Below are positions 34,501-48,600 of a stretch of 64,000 bases of DNA, one piece after another (within the stretch, counting starts at the first letter, position 1; the number at the start of each line of letters is the position of its first letter). This stretch comes from Adineta vaga (Eukaryota; Animalia; Rotifera), in assembly GCA_021613535.1 (NCBI GenBank), contig CP075495.1:16058001-16122000 (forward strand), read 5' to 3'. Made by a program: the position numbers and the translations under genes. The notes under the pieces were generated by a model. It had not been told where the DNA came from and did no database searches. It saw only the letters and a program-made list of their open reading frames with translations.

Positions 34501-37500
34501 ACCTACTTTAAACCAAACGAAATGAAATTTTTTTGTCAGAAGTTAAACTATTCTTTCTCTTGCAACTTTTCAAAATAATGTGTTTTTCGTAAACTGTAGA
34601 GCTTTCCACGCGGCATCCTTTGCCATATTTTATTTGTTTAATAACATGAAGCAAGTGGCATGAAAACGAGACGCAACTGTTCAGCCCATTTTTTTACACC
34701 TTTTCATACGCTTCTAATTTCATCTTTTTTGGAATATGTTTAATAACGTGTGAGGGTTCAATCATACACGGTATTGTAGAGAATTCCAAACACTATCTTT
34801 TGATAAAAACAAAGCTCTTTGATCACATGAATGATATAGGAGAAATATTCGGAATATTCCGAGATCCATTCGTTCTGGAACAGCCATTATTTTCGGATGT
34901 GTGCAGTCAGGATTTGGATTGTGGCCAATGCAAATCTTTGGTGAGAAACATCCTATCGAGTTCAAGTTGAAATGGGTTTGTAGTATTCGTCAAGACAAAT
35001 ATAGAATATCTCCGTTTTAGGATGCTATCATATACAAATGTATCAAAACAAATAATTCTAGATTACGGAAAAATCAATCTTTTCGGAATGAAATCTTCTG
35101 TAGAAATACGAATTGATATCTTTTTTCTGACGCTATAATATTCTATTCAGAGTTACGTCCCAAGACACGGTTTCGAAATATAATTTTTGTTGAAGTTTTC
35201 AGTTGCTCTTAGTCGTTCTCAAGGTAAGAATCATCGTTTTACCGGATTCAATGTATGAATACCGTTCTTTCAGTTTCATGGTCTCCACACTTTACTCAAT
35301 CTAGTATTGTACAGAACGTAAAGTTTTTTATCATCATGTCTAAATATCTACTGTACACCTTACTCGCTGCTCTTCGATTACTTATTCACGCTTCGTCGAT
35401 TTTTACCGTCGTTTTTTATGAAGAATCGACGCATAGAATAAAATAGGGACCATTACATTTCATATACGGCTAGAGAGTAGTGTGCAGTAAAATAATATGA
35501 CGCTGCATTATGATCAATATGAGAAGGCCTTTACAAACAAGGACTTGATTTTGATATTGGTAAAACATTAGAGAAAGAGTTTAAATCAACCATACTCTGT
35601 ATTTTTTCTCAACTCTAGGTTGGTTAAGTGATATAAATGTTTAAATCATATTACACTTATGGCAGAATAATATATCATATTCAATTCGTCCTTGCTGTTA
35701 AAAAAACGTAAGTAATTTATTTATGCAGTTTTAAAGTATTGTGCACTATATACGGTAATACTTGATCAAATGTTGTAGAATATTCTGATCGAATATTATA
35801 ATATTCATATTAATCCTTTCCTGCTTTTGCGCGCTTTAACATCCACTTTCTACAAAATTTGGTTCTTTAGAAATAACGAGGGAGAGTCACTCACTGCCCA
35901 GTCGCTTTTCAGTGGATACTTTGGCCAAAGGTAAGAGATTCTATGTCTAGAATAATCCTATGAGGATATGAGCTTTCTACCAACTTTCTACCCCTTGTCA
36001 ATATTGAGCAAAACATTAAATAACGGAATTTTCAACTGAAATTTGGGCCGTATATAGGTCTAACCATCAATAAAGTATTTTGAAAGTTTCGGCCGAAAAA
36101 AGTATTCCTTCATTGAGAAATTGGATTTTGAAGTAATCTGATAATTTGTATATATTATACTGCAAGTGATTATCTTCTTGTAAATCAATATCTCCATAAG
36201 GGAACATTTTTTGCGACTGAAACTTTCAGAATAGTCTAATGATGATTGGACCTATCTATGGTTCGAATTTCAGTTGAAAACTCCGTTATTTAGTTTTTTC
36301 TTCAATGTGGAAAAAGGGCGAAAAGTAGGTAGAAAGCCCATACCTCGGCGCCAAAGCACTAGTGTTCCATATCCTAGTAGGATTGTTCTACTCTTATAGC
36401 CCTATACCTATGGGTAAAATATTAATGAAAAATAGTTGGACGTTTAGTGACCATCTCTGCTAATAAACATTTAAAGCTCAATTATGTACACATATAAAGC
36501 CAATGAATTGTACTTTCGACAGGCTCCAAGTTGATATGAAATTGGTCCTTAAATATTTCTTAGTTCAAAAAGAACCAGATTTATGTAAGATGGGCGTCAT
36601 AGCGCCCATAGGGCAGGAAAGGATTATTATTTTTATGCACCTGTTTATGGACGTTAATGCTAACGACTTAAAAAGCTGTTCATTTGTTATTGCGTTGGAG
36701 TTTTGAAGATTCGATACATTCTGTTGAGACGTGAAAAACCTGGAACATTTAGTTGTCTCAAGCCTTCCTCTCACAGTTATGAGCATTTTGCGAGGTAAAC
36801 TCACGAACTTATCAGTCGCTTTTGGGTTGATATTCTAGTTATAGGCAAGAGACCTTAAGACTCGAATAGTCCCAGGAAATTTCCGAACGCTAAGTCTTTT
36901 GTGTGGAGTCATGAAATTTTAACCGCTTTTTCATTGTTGAGCGAGAACGTTTTTCAGCGCAATTGCTTTGGGTCTAAAATGTGAAAGTCACATAGCCTAT
37001 TTGCGCTTCTAATGGATTCTGTTTGTAATCGAGGATCGGGGAGAGGTGTGGGCCAAATTCATCGACCTAAAACTTACACTCGTTAATTTGTTTTTCAACT
37101 GAAAACATATGGTTCCACAAAATATCAATCCAAAACCGACTGGATAGTTGGTGACCGTTCTCTATCAGTCAATTTTTATGATAAAGCATCGTATCAACTT
37201 AAAATTGCATTACTTTCTTTTATAGGTAAACTGATATCTGACCAATCTTAAACGAAGCGTAAATTTCACAATTTAATACGAAACTTGACACTTAAGAAAG
37301 AAGGATTATCCATTTATATTTCCAACGAATGGGTGACTGCACAACTTCGACAACCATTTCTGTTCGAATCAGTATTAGCTTAAATAAACTTGCTTTTAAA
37401 GTGGCAAGGTATAACCAAACCACGGGTAGAACACTGTCGAGGCACTAGTGTTGGTGGAACTAAGGCTCTTGCACTAACATTAATCAAAAACGGGTAGAAC

Positions 37501-40500
37501 ACTGTCGAGGCACTAGTGTTGGTGGAACTAAGGCTCTTGCACTAACATTAATCAAAAACGGGTAGAACACTGTCGAGGCACTAGTGTTGGTGGAACTAAG
37601 GCTCTTGCACTAACAGCGTCTAAACAATTGAACAGAACAGTTTGGTTTTCGATTTGTGCTTTCCATGGATATCAGCGAACAAAAACATAGCAACTGCCTC
37701 ACATGGTTTGAAGATACAATTGAAACGGCAGTCAACTTCATCTCAATAACGACTAAAACCAGGTAAACCAGCATTTCAAGATATCCTAATATAATATTCA
37801 GAAGGAAAAACGTGGATGCTACTCTTAAATAGTCGACTAGAAATTGTGTATAATGCGGTAGAGCGTTGTAGTTTATTGCATCTTGTTCTAATATACTCCA
37901 CATTCATAAAATAACAAGAAGAATAAGGATGAATACACTGACTTTACGAGATACGTTCTTTGGAGCAAGGAACGGAGTTGCAGTAGGCCGATTTGTAAAG
38001 TATTGATATTATGTCATATACGGGAATATGGTTAAACGATGGTTCTACTACATAAAGATATGTTCAACCATATCTGTTAAATTATGTTATGATATGGCAA
38101 CGGTGTTTATAATTAGAACTTGTACCTAAGAAGTTTATTTGTCGTTTTGCAAAAGGAGGAAGGAAGAACAGAGGTTTTCAATCAGCTTGTGCTATATTTG
38201 TGTCCTTTTCTGTACGGTAGACCTATCAACATGGTTCTCTAAAGTAACAATACGATGAGAAGTATTTTTATCACATGGAGTATGAAAAAGTTTCAATATT
38301 TAACTTTTTCATCTCTGTACTCATATGCAGGTAAGTAAAAGTGCACCTTGGTATGGACACAGGCATACTTAACCTCTTATTATTTGAAATTTCGAGCTAA
38401 TGAAATGTTCCAACAAGCAACGCACAATTGTTCATTTGTCGATACTTCTATCCTTTCATAAGCTGAATCTTCACACTAAAGTGAATAATAAGAGCTGTTA
38501 GAAAACATAAACATGTATAAAAGGAACTGGAAAATTAACATCTCGCTCTACACATTATCGTACATTTAGTTACTCTGACATTTCTAGACTTTTACTATTC
38601 TTATTTGCAATAGTAATCATAATATTTTAACAACATCATAAAAGCTGAAGTATTTTCTTCTATCTTGTTGCACGCGTATTTTAGAAGAATCTTTCTATGT
38701 AACCACAATAAAAAGAAAATGCACAAAAGTTCTTTACGCCAACCCGCAAATTTCGTGAAGGTTCCTCGGATTTCCTTTCGACAAAGCCAATAGTAATTCG
38801 TTTTGCATAAAAACGTTTTAAATTGTTATAAGGATCGGAATAATTTTGTATAATCCGCAGTATAAAGTCGAATCTTCGTTAGCCCTTTAATGACGATGTT
38901 GATCACCAATGGCGAATACTCTATTTTCCGAACGTTCGTCAGCAATAAAAATAAAATGTTTTTGGAACATGTTTTGGCGTAACAGATTTTTCGCAGATAT
39001 TTACACTCATCTTTTTCATGAAAGAGTACGCATGGAAATGTGCTAATTAAGAATGATTAATTCAACGTATGAAATCCGTTTCGTAAATCTCTTTGCAAAC
39101 TTTTCAAAATCACATCGCCCCCGAAAGGCTTGAATAAAATGTATGCTCTCAGTTACCTAGATTACCTTTTATTGGATAGTTCAGACAAAAATAAATTGTT
39201 TGGTCTGATTGTTTTATACTCTTGAAATTCCGATACTTCAACTGAAAGATGGATATAATATCCAACCTGAATTTTCTGTACAAACAGAACGATTTCTAAC
39301 CATATGACATTAGTCATACAATGTAGAGACAGAATTCTAATAAGTGAAATATTTTGTGTAGATCTATATACATCTCATTTCAATCACAGTAGAGCAGTTT
39401 CGCGTGCTTATATGATATGAAAAAAGGTCCGTTTATTCACCTCCTTACCCTAATTATATTTATTCACACAGATAATAGAATAAACTTTACCATAAAATAT
39501 TTTCTAGGGTAATTATAAAGCCATTCATCTGTGACTGTCATCTCTCAATGCATCGTACCAATCAAACCTGTTTCTGCAAATAAATTAGACTACTGGTCTG
39601 ACATTATTTCAAACATTATGCACCCTGTCCACATAGGCTAATGAACGCAACATATGTGATGTTTCATACACTTGTCTCATTACATCATCTGATAATACAA
39701 TATTTACAAGAAATCGAGAGTATACACAACATCCACATGGAGATGACATTCATACTACAGTTGATGCCACAAAACTTGCAAAAAACAAACACATTAACTT
39801 ACATATAGAGCATGTCTCTAGTTTTTTATGCATGTGTAATAGTAAATTCGAATGAGTGGGATTGTGAAGAATAAAGATAAATAGGCGTGTGGGTGCGTAT
39901 GAGTGTCAGAAACAAGATCGAGAATGAACGTCCTAAGGTAAGTGCAAGAAGAGGAGTCCTTAGGATTTCTTTTATTAGGATTTATTCTCTACAGAGTATT
40001 TATTTGCACTTATTAGCTACATCAATATTTCAGTGCACCCTCACCATTAATTCTACTCCTCGTTCTCGCCCTCTCATCCTCAGTAAGTCATTTTCCTTAT
40101 AAAAGACGTGGTAGTTATTCAGAAATTCCCATAAATTCCAAAACAATAAGTTCCAATAACTGCTCCATCTTTCAAAATTCATGCCATTCAGGTTTCCGCT
40201 CTTTTCCCTTGGTTCCTCTGTACTATATTGCGCCATTAAATGATGCAACTGCATGATTTATTCTAACAGCACAAACATTAATCACGCTCCATTCGTAGCC
40301 ATTACGTTAACAGTCGACGAGCATTTTGATGTATCTGTCGAAACCATCGCATTGTTAGCATCAAGCGAGATAGGCACACTTGGGCAGTCATTGACAAAAT
40401 TGCTATCCTCCCTGTTACTTACATTGAGTTCTTTAGGATACACTTGAATAGAATTGTATACGAATGTTTAATTAATATAATGAATGTTCATCAAATTCAA

Positions 40501-42629
40501 AGCACAATAAGATACTGACTCATTAACATTAGTAGCAGTTACATTTATTGTTCTAGGACACGATCAAGAAGTATTAGCGGTAACAATAGATACCCAGGTC
40601 CGAAAATCCGGCCCGGAAACCAACAGATCCTATTAAGGAATAGTCATTCCCAATTTCATCTTCATCCCTCCTATCCAAGCTTGTACATGTATTCACCGAA
40701 TTCTGTTAAGAATTCTTGAAAGGATTGAAAACCGATTTTTTATCATTCATATCTAAATTTAAGAATATACCTGAGTCTGATTGGGGTCAATCTATGGTTA
40801 CTTTACGCAGGATTTTGTTAGATTTTGTTGGTACCGATAGTTTCTGAGCGTCGGCTAAGGGAATAGGAGAGATCGCTTTATTCGGTTTCGCCTTTAGGAA
40901 CCGTTTGTATTCTGTCGGACCTAGCCGGAAAAGGTTGGAATGGAACGGAAAAGTCCGAGTGGTTGGATTCCGGATGATTCATTTGCGCGTTCGCTAAAGC
41001 TTCCTTTGTGATACGATAAGTGACAAAGTACTGAAGTGCACTGTAAAAAAAAGCGCAGAATAATCAACTCTTTTTATAGGTTTGTTAACCTTATAAATTA
41101 TAAGAAGGGTATTTTATACGCTGCACTTTCGTATACCCTTAAAGGGTAAATGAATGCTCATCCACCTTAAAGGATTTATGAAAGTGCAACGTATAAGAAA
41201 CCCTTACCAACGTCCATGAAAACAAGGGTTTATGAGAGGGTACCTTACGTTCATAAACCTAAAAAGGATTCATGTCGCGACTATCAATCCTTTTCGAGGA
41301 TTTGTAATTCGACGCTTTTTTTTACAGTGTGGTCTATGTTTTGTTTTCCATAGTTGGTTTCGGTAGGGTTCTTTAGGAAGTCGGTCGTCAGTTTTGTCAG
41401 GAATCTTTCGTATCCGTGCCTGAGATTTTTCAGTCTGGAATACTGCTTCCATTCTGCCGAGATTTTTAGTTGGGTTCTGTCAGTATCTAACGGTAACTGT
41501 GTGGAAGGGTCCGAAACGTCTGTCCTGGGATAAGTCATGAATATCGATATACAACAGAAGAATTAACAATGATATCTGATAAAGAGGGGTGCGCGGATAC
41601 GAGTACAAATTGTACTTGGAATGAAACGATATCTTTCATTCTGATAGGAAAGAATGCATGTATTAATATCGAGGTGTGTACTCGCTCGAAAACCTTAGAA
41701 ATGATAGAATTGTCGTATTTCGTCTTTTTTTGTGAGTACATTTTGTATACGTTTTGACGCACCCATGGTGATAAATTAGTTATATACATCTTGACTTTAT
41801 TATAGGCACAAACACCAGCTACGGATGTATTGTGAACACGACCAAGTTTGATTAATAGAAATATTCACTTCACCCGTTACCTATATTTTTAACTGAACAC
41901 AGCACACAGATTCGAAATAACTGTATTTTCTGAAGCTATAGCACTTGTATTCTGTGAGCATAAAACAGTTGAATCAACAAGGAGATTGAATGCGCTGATA
42001 ACAGTCAACTGCAATATCTTTTATGTACTAATGTGAGAAATGGAAATCGTTTTAACGTGAGAGCTAGTGGACCATAGCTAATCGATGGTCCTGAATCCGA
42101 ATCTTGAGGGTGGTTGAAGGTGATTTTGTTTGTCGATACTTCCTACCAATCAGATTTGACAGACTTCACAAAATTTTTAGAACCCGAAAAACCTAGAGAT
42201 TTCCTCGTGATCAATATTTTGCTTCTACAGCCTAAACTATTTGAGATTTTTCAAAAAGTAAAAGCATCCACCGATTGGATCCTGCTAACTAGAGTAAAAA
42301 TTTCAGCTCAAACGGATGAAATCTGTGAATCTGCGAGGGGAGAAACTTTTGTAATGTTAGGCCAGTTTTTGAGCTTGTGGTCTATAGAACTTCATGATGG
42401 TGAGGTCTGGCAAATTTGTGTCCAGAAGAACTATTGCTGTACTATTCGAGACGTATCTACGCAGAAAGTTTCAAGAATTTTCGACCGGTCGTTTTTTAGA
42501 AACGCCGGAAAGGGGGAGGTACTTTTTTAAAGAGTGGGTGTGGATTGATCTTTATTAAACGACTTCAAGAATGATTATGACACATAAAATCAGCAGTGAC
42601 ACATATCCCTCAGATCGGGGATATGTGAC

Positions 42630-45600
42630 TGTTAACGACATAGACCCTCGACAGATTTACGTTCGTCTTTGTTCTCTCTCTCTCTTTCTTTCTATATAAG
42701 GTGATGTATTTTCTCTTTTTTGATATGATTAATTCTGAATAAACGAAAAGTCGCTCGACAAGCGAGCTAACATTTGGTGCCGTGACCAGTCTTTTTCTAT
42801 TTATTCCATCGAAAAAGAATCAAGTACCGGGTCTTTTTGAACTCATCCTTTATCAGGAAAGAGTGATTATTATCTCATCCGTGACGGAAAGAGAGTCAAG
42901 TGAATTCATTAAGTACAATTATTAATTATAAGTACTGAAATCATTCAGTCGAAGAAGGTATAGTATTCTTCACATATCTTATTTTCTTTCATCCTTTAAA
43001 AACATCTATACGAACACGGTGGACGGCATTCGAAGAACAACAAAGAGAAGCAGTGCAAACCTTTATCCATACGAAATAATAACATAATCATCAAAACGAA
43101 CACGTCGGAAAAACACACGTAAAAATTTGTCTATATACAACATGACGAAAGACAGCGCATTAAGCAATACCTCGATGAACGAAACGCACTCGGACGATAT
43201 GATGACGAAAAACACCTCGATGGAGATGGGAGCAACGAAAAATACCTCGAACGATGTGGACTCGATGGAGCTTCGACAATTACATTCCAGTCAACAGGAA
43301 GCTATGAAGAAAATTAATGAGTATTCGGGAGAATCTAATGAACTGGATATTGATGAATGGTTATGTTGTGGGCAAAATTGAAATTTGACCAGACAAAATT
43401 GAAATTTCAGTTCTGACTAGGCAGAATTGAAATGTCAATTTTGACTGAATGAATTGTTAGGCAAAGTTACAATTCTAATTTTGACTAGACAAAATCGAAA
43501 TTCTCTCTATAAGAAAAGAAGAGAGAATTAATTATAAAAAATGTTTTATTTCATGAAGAATTCTAATGAACACGTTATATGATTTGTAACTTCTTTATTC
43601 CATATTCAAACATCCACCTCTCTTCGAATGACATTTGGTAGAACAGAAAACATTTTCTTTTCTGCAAGGACATGTTTTTGTTCCACATTGACCTTTGCAA
43701 TTGCATGTACGACCAGTTGTCGAGCCCCGTGAGTAAAGTCTTGACGCTTCAATAATAGTAATTGGTTTTAACTTACCAATAACCACATTTCTCAATTCGA
43801 TTGAACAAGCATCTTTATATTAACAAACTGAAGCTTGAATGTATTTGTCAAAACTCCATATTGACAAATTAACTTAAATAAATGAATATTATTTTGTAAC
43901 AACTTTTCAACAATGACACATGGTAAATATTTAGGATCTGTGTTTGTACGATCCACTGAATGTATTTCGATACCAACACAATCATTCACATTATAATTAG
44001 TAGCCATTTCAACCAAACTATCTTCATACAATTTCATCTTCTTACTAGCACTTGCCATGTAGTGATTTGAAGCAGCTGTTCGAATCAATGCATGTTTTGT
44101 TGGAGTCGATATAGGAACATATGCTGTTGGTTTTAATGTTAATTGTGTATCAATTGAAGAAGAAGCATCATCGGATAATTGATTAACAAGAGCGACAATT
44201 TCATCATCGATGGGTTGATTGAAATTAATTGTATTAACATCAATGGATACAGAAGAATCATCTTCTTCATCATCAATAGGTGTAGGTAAATCTTCTTCAT
44301 CATCAATTCCACTATCACGAATCAATTTCCAGAAATCACTGTCAGAACGAGGTGATTGACCGAACATTACTTCGTAAGGACTTGTTTTAGTAAAAGTAGA
44401 CATTCTTGTATTAATTCCATATATAACCGGTAATAGACCAGACGACCAACTTGAAGTATTATTCGTGGACAACCATTTGCCGAGAGCATCACACAAAACC
44501 CCATTTGCTCTCTCAACTCAACCTTGGCTTTGTGGATGTCTCGGCCTACCATGGATGAAAACTAAATCAGGAAAAAGTACTTTCAATTCAAAGATAACTG
44601 AAGAAACAAATTCACGTCCGTTATCGCTATGCAATATTTTGGGTGGTCCAAATGTAAAACATAATTCACGTATTTTTGTTACTACTTCAACAGCTGATTT
44701 GTTCTTCAGTGAATAACCCCAAGAGAATTCACTGAAGTGATCGACGCAATTTAATATCCAACAATAAGTTAAATCAGATGATATTTTGTCGGGTCTGGTG
44801 CGCATATCGATAAGGTCTATTTGAAGTCTGGTCATCACACCTAAAGAGATTATTGGTTTTGTTATCACATGGTGCTTAATTGGTTTGCGTGTTTGACACG
44901 CAACACATTGCTTCAAGAATATCGCAATGCAAGGTCGAGGAATCCACGAGTAATGAACATTTAATTCATACATTGTTTTTTCTCGACCACCATGTGAAAT
45001 ATTGATATGTGCTTCATTAATTATGGTATAAAAATTTTCATAAATACAAACAGGCTTTTTGGTTTTGATACAAGCCACTATATCAATACCAGCAATTTTG
45101 ATTAATATGAACATATGTTTCACCCAATGCGTGTACGTTGCAGAATATAAACTATTTGCTACACCTCTCGGTAATGCTAAACATTGTTGAATAGTATTAT
45201 ACACATCTTGTTTTATTACCGATTTCACACGAAACTTTTCACTTAATGAATTAATATATTCATCAACCTTACCGTAGAAATTCGTCTCATTTATATTCAT
45301 TTCTATATTATCTGAATCCAAAACAATCTGTGTATTTTATTATGTATTAGTCTGTATTTCTATTCCTCTTTCTCATGTTCTTTTGGCTTCACTCTATGAA
45401 ATTAGTCATAGATCACAACCATACCCTTTCTTCTACTGACCGACCTACATTTCTTGTATAGATAACTATAATACAAATCACACAGAAAAGAAGAATCGGA
45501 CAACAAATATTCTCGCTAATGCAAATGCAAGATAAAACAAAGATATTATTGACGATGGGAAAATTAATCGAATCAGCATTACGATGGTATCAAGGAAATT

Positions 45601-48600
45601 TAACATCATTTGGTGATTGGAAGGAAGCAGAAGAAGCATTATGAGACCGATTCAAAACATTTGCATCAGATGGTCAATTAGTACAAGAATTCTTTCAGCT
45701 TCGACAAGAAGAAGATCAATCAACTATAGCATTTTATGACTACGGTTATGCGCAAATATCGAAAAGCAAGTGGATTGATCACTGAAAAACAAATTATTAC
45801 GGTATTAAAAGCAGGTGTCAAGTATTCATTAAAGGAACAATTAATTCGAAATGAAGTAAACATCTCTAAACCTGAAGAATGGCTGTTGGTGGCAAGGGAA
45901 GAAGAACATATACAACGACGAATTCAACAACGTAATACACCACCACGAGCAGCAGTACAGAAACCATATTTCGAACCGACATTACCTGTAGCAACAATCC
46001 AACAACCATCATCAGCAATATCAACGGTATGAACGACGTTCGAATACAATACGACAACGACAAACTGATCGGCGAAATACATCTCAACAATCGAAACCAT
46101 ATCTAGTCTGCAATCGAACGAACCATTCAACGATGCAATGTTTTTACAAGAAGGACAATGGGTGCTTTAGATGTGGACAGTCAAATCATCGAATACGTGA
46201 TTGTCCTCAACGTTATTTTTCGAATAAGGATTGTTTGATGGCGACGATCCTTGTGGAGTTCAAAAGTCATCATCATCGACAACAACATCAACATCATCAC
46301 TTACAACACCAGCAACAACAACGGAAACATACAATCCAATCTTCGTCAAAATCTTATGCAATAATACTCCACAAGAAGCACTAATCGATACAGGATCGGC
46401 CATCACAATAATTCACAAACGTCTATTAAACAAGATCCCATACAAACAATTTATACCACGAACAAAAAATCATTTATCAGCAAGTTGCTCAGCAGTGAAC
46501 GTCATCGGCGAAGTATCATTATTCATCAACATTAATGGAATTACAACACAAGTTACAGCTGATGTAGCAACAGATCTCGTCACAAATTTAATACTTAGTA
46601 GCGATTGATTCAAACAAACAATGTTTATATTCTTACACCAGAAAAGCGTATTATGATCAAAACCAAGGCAGAGAAGTATCAACTCCTTTATTAAACCACC
46701 ACTTTTGAATTTTTCAGCAACTCTGGTTATCTGCATTACACTATTTCCATTTTCAGAACATGTTGTCGAAGCACAACTACAACAAAGAAATCTATCCGAT
46801 GCATTATTTGAACCAAATCCTCGACTACAACATAAAGCATTATTTACAGCATGTACACTTCTTAATGTCAAAGATGGAAAAGTTAATATTAGTATCATCA
46901 ATGCAACGAATCGACAACAAACGCTTTCTGAAGGAACGAAGATTGGTGTGGTCACACAAGTATCAACTGCAGTTAGTCTTATTATACCATCAAATTATTC
47001 TCAAGAACGCATTCCGCAAGGAAAAGAAGCGAACGAAATGCAAGATCCACAATCAGGAAACCTACGAACATCAACAGTAGAAGACAGTGAACATCGGTGT
47101 CGAAGTTGTTCGCAACGATTTGTCACAAAAAATGATTTATTTCACCATCTTAGGGAACAATGTTATCCAGATGAAATACGAGAACAAATTAAAAAACTAA
47201 CCGAACACATCGCTAATGATAAACAACGAAATCAAACTACAACTATCCTTTGGAAATATGGCAAATTATTTGACATTAGACAACCGTCAAAAATCGACAT
47301 AACTTTGAAAAATGCAATTGATACTGGAACTCATCGACCAATACATACACCACCATACCGAAAATCGAATAAAGATCAAGAAGTTCTCGGTGAAGAAACA
47401 CAAAAACTATTGCAAAATGATATTAGTGAACATTCAACATCTCCATGGTCTTCCCCTGTAGTATTAGTAAAGAAGAAAGATGGAACAACAAGATTTTGTG
47501 TTGATTACCGTCGACTCAATCAAATTACAACAAAAGATGCGTTTCCATTGCCAAGAATTGATGATATTTATGATCAATTAACAAAAGCAACATATTTCAG
47601 CAAATTTGATTTCAAGGCAGGTTATTTACAAGTACCATTAGACAAATCAGATCGACCGAAAACAGCATTTTCTAGTCAGGATGGTCATTTTCAGTTTAAA
47701 GTATTACCACAAGGATTAACCAATGGACCACCAACATTTCAACGAATTGTAAATCAAATATTAGGTCCAAATCGGTGGAAACATATGCTAGCATACATCG
47801 ATGACATCATTATATATTCACGAACATTTCCTGAACATGCACAACACATTGAAGAAGTATGCTCATTATTGAACGACGTAAACTTCAAATTAAACATTGT
47901 CAAATGTGAGATAGCAAAACCAGAAATATTATTCCTTGGGCACATTATCAAAGCAGGTACAATTAAACCAGATCCCGAAAATATTCGTGGTTTAGCAGAC
48001 GCTCGAGAACCAACATCTGCAGAAGAAGCATTTAGATTCGTCAAAGCTGCAGAATATTATCGAAAGTTCATCTCGAAATTCTCCATCATCGCTGCACCAC
48101 TTCATAAGTATTCACCAACAACATTAAAACAGCAACAGAAAGGAAACAAGAAATTAAAATTTGAATTATCAGAAGAAGGAAGAACAGCATGCCATTAACT
48201 CAAGCACATATTAACAACTGATCTTATTCTCAATTTACCTGATGATAATATGCCATTTAAATTACAAACTGATGCATGTGTCGATGGAATAGGTGCGGTT
48301 CTATTACAAATTACTCCAGAGGGTGATCGACCATTAGCATACATGTTCAAGAAATTAACTAAAACACAACTTAACTGGCCCACAATTGAACAAGAATGTT
48401 ATGCAATTGTTCAAGCTGTCGAGAAATGGGACAAATATTTACGTGGACATGAATTTATACTGGAAACAGACCATGCACCATTAGTTAATTTTTCAAACAA
48501 GGAACAGTTGAACAAAGACGTGAACGTTGGAGATTACGATTAGCTGAATATCGTTCAAGGTGAAGCATATACAAGGAAAGAAAACAACATGGCAGATTAT

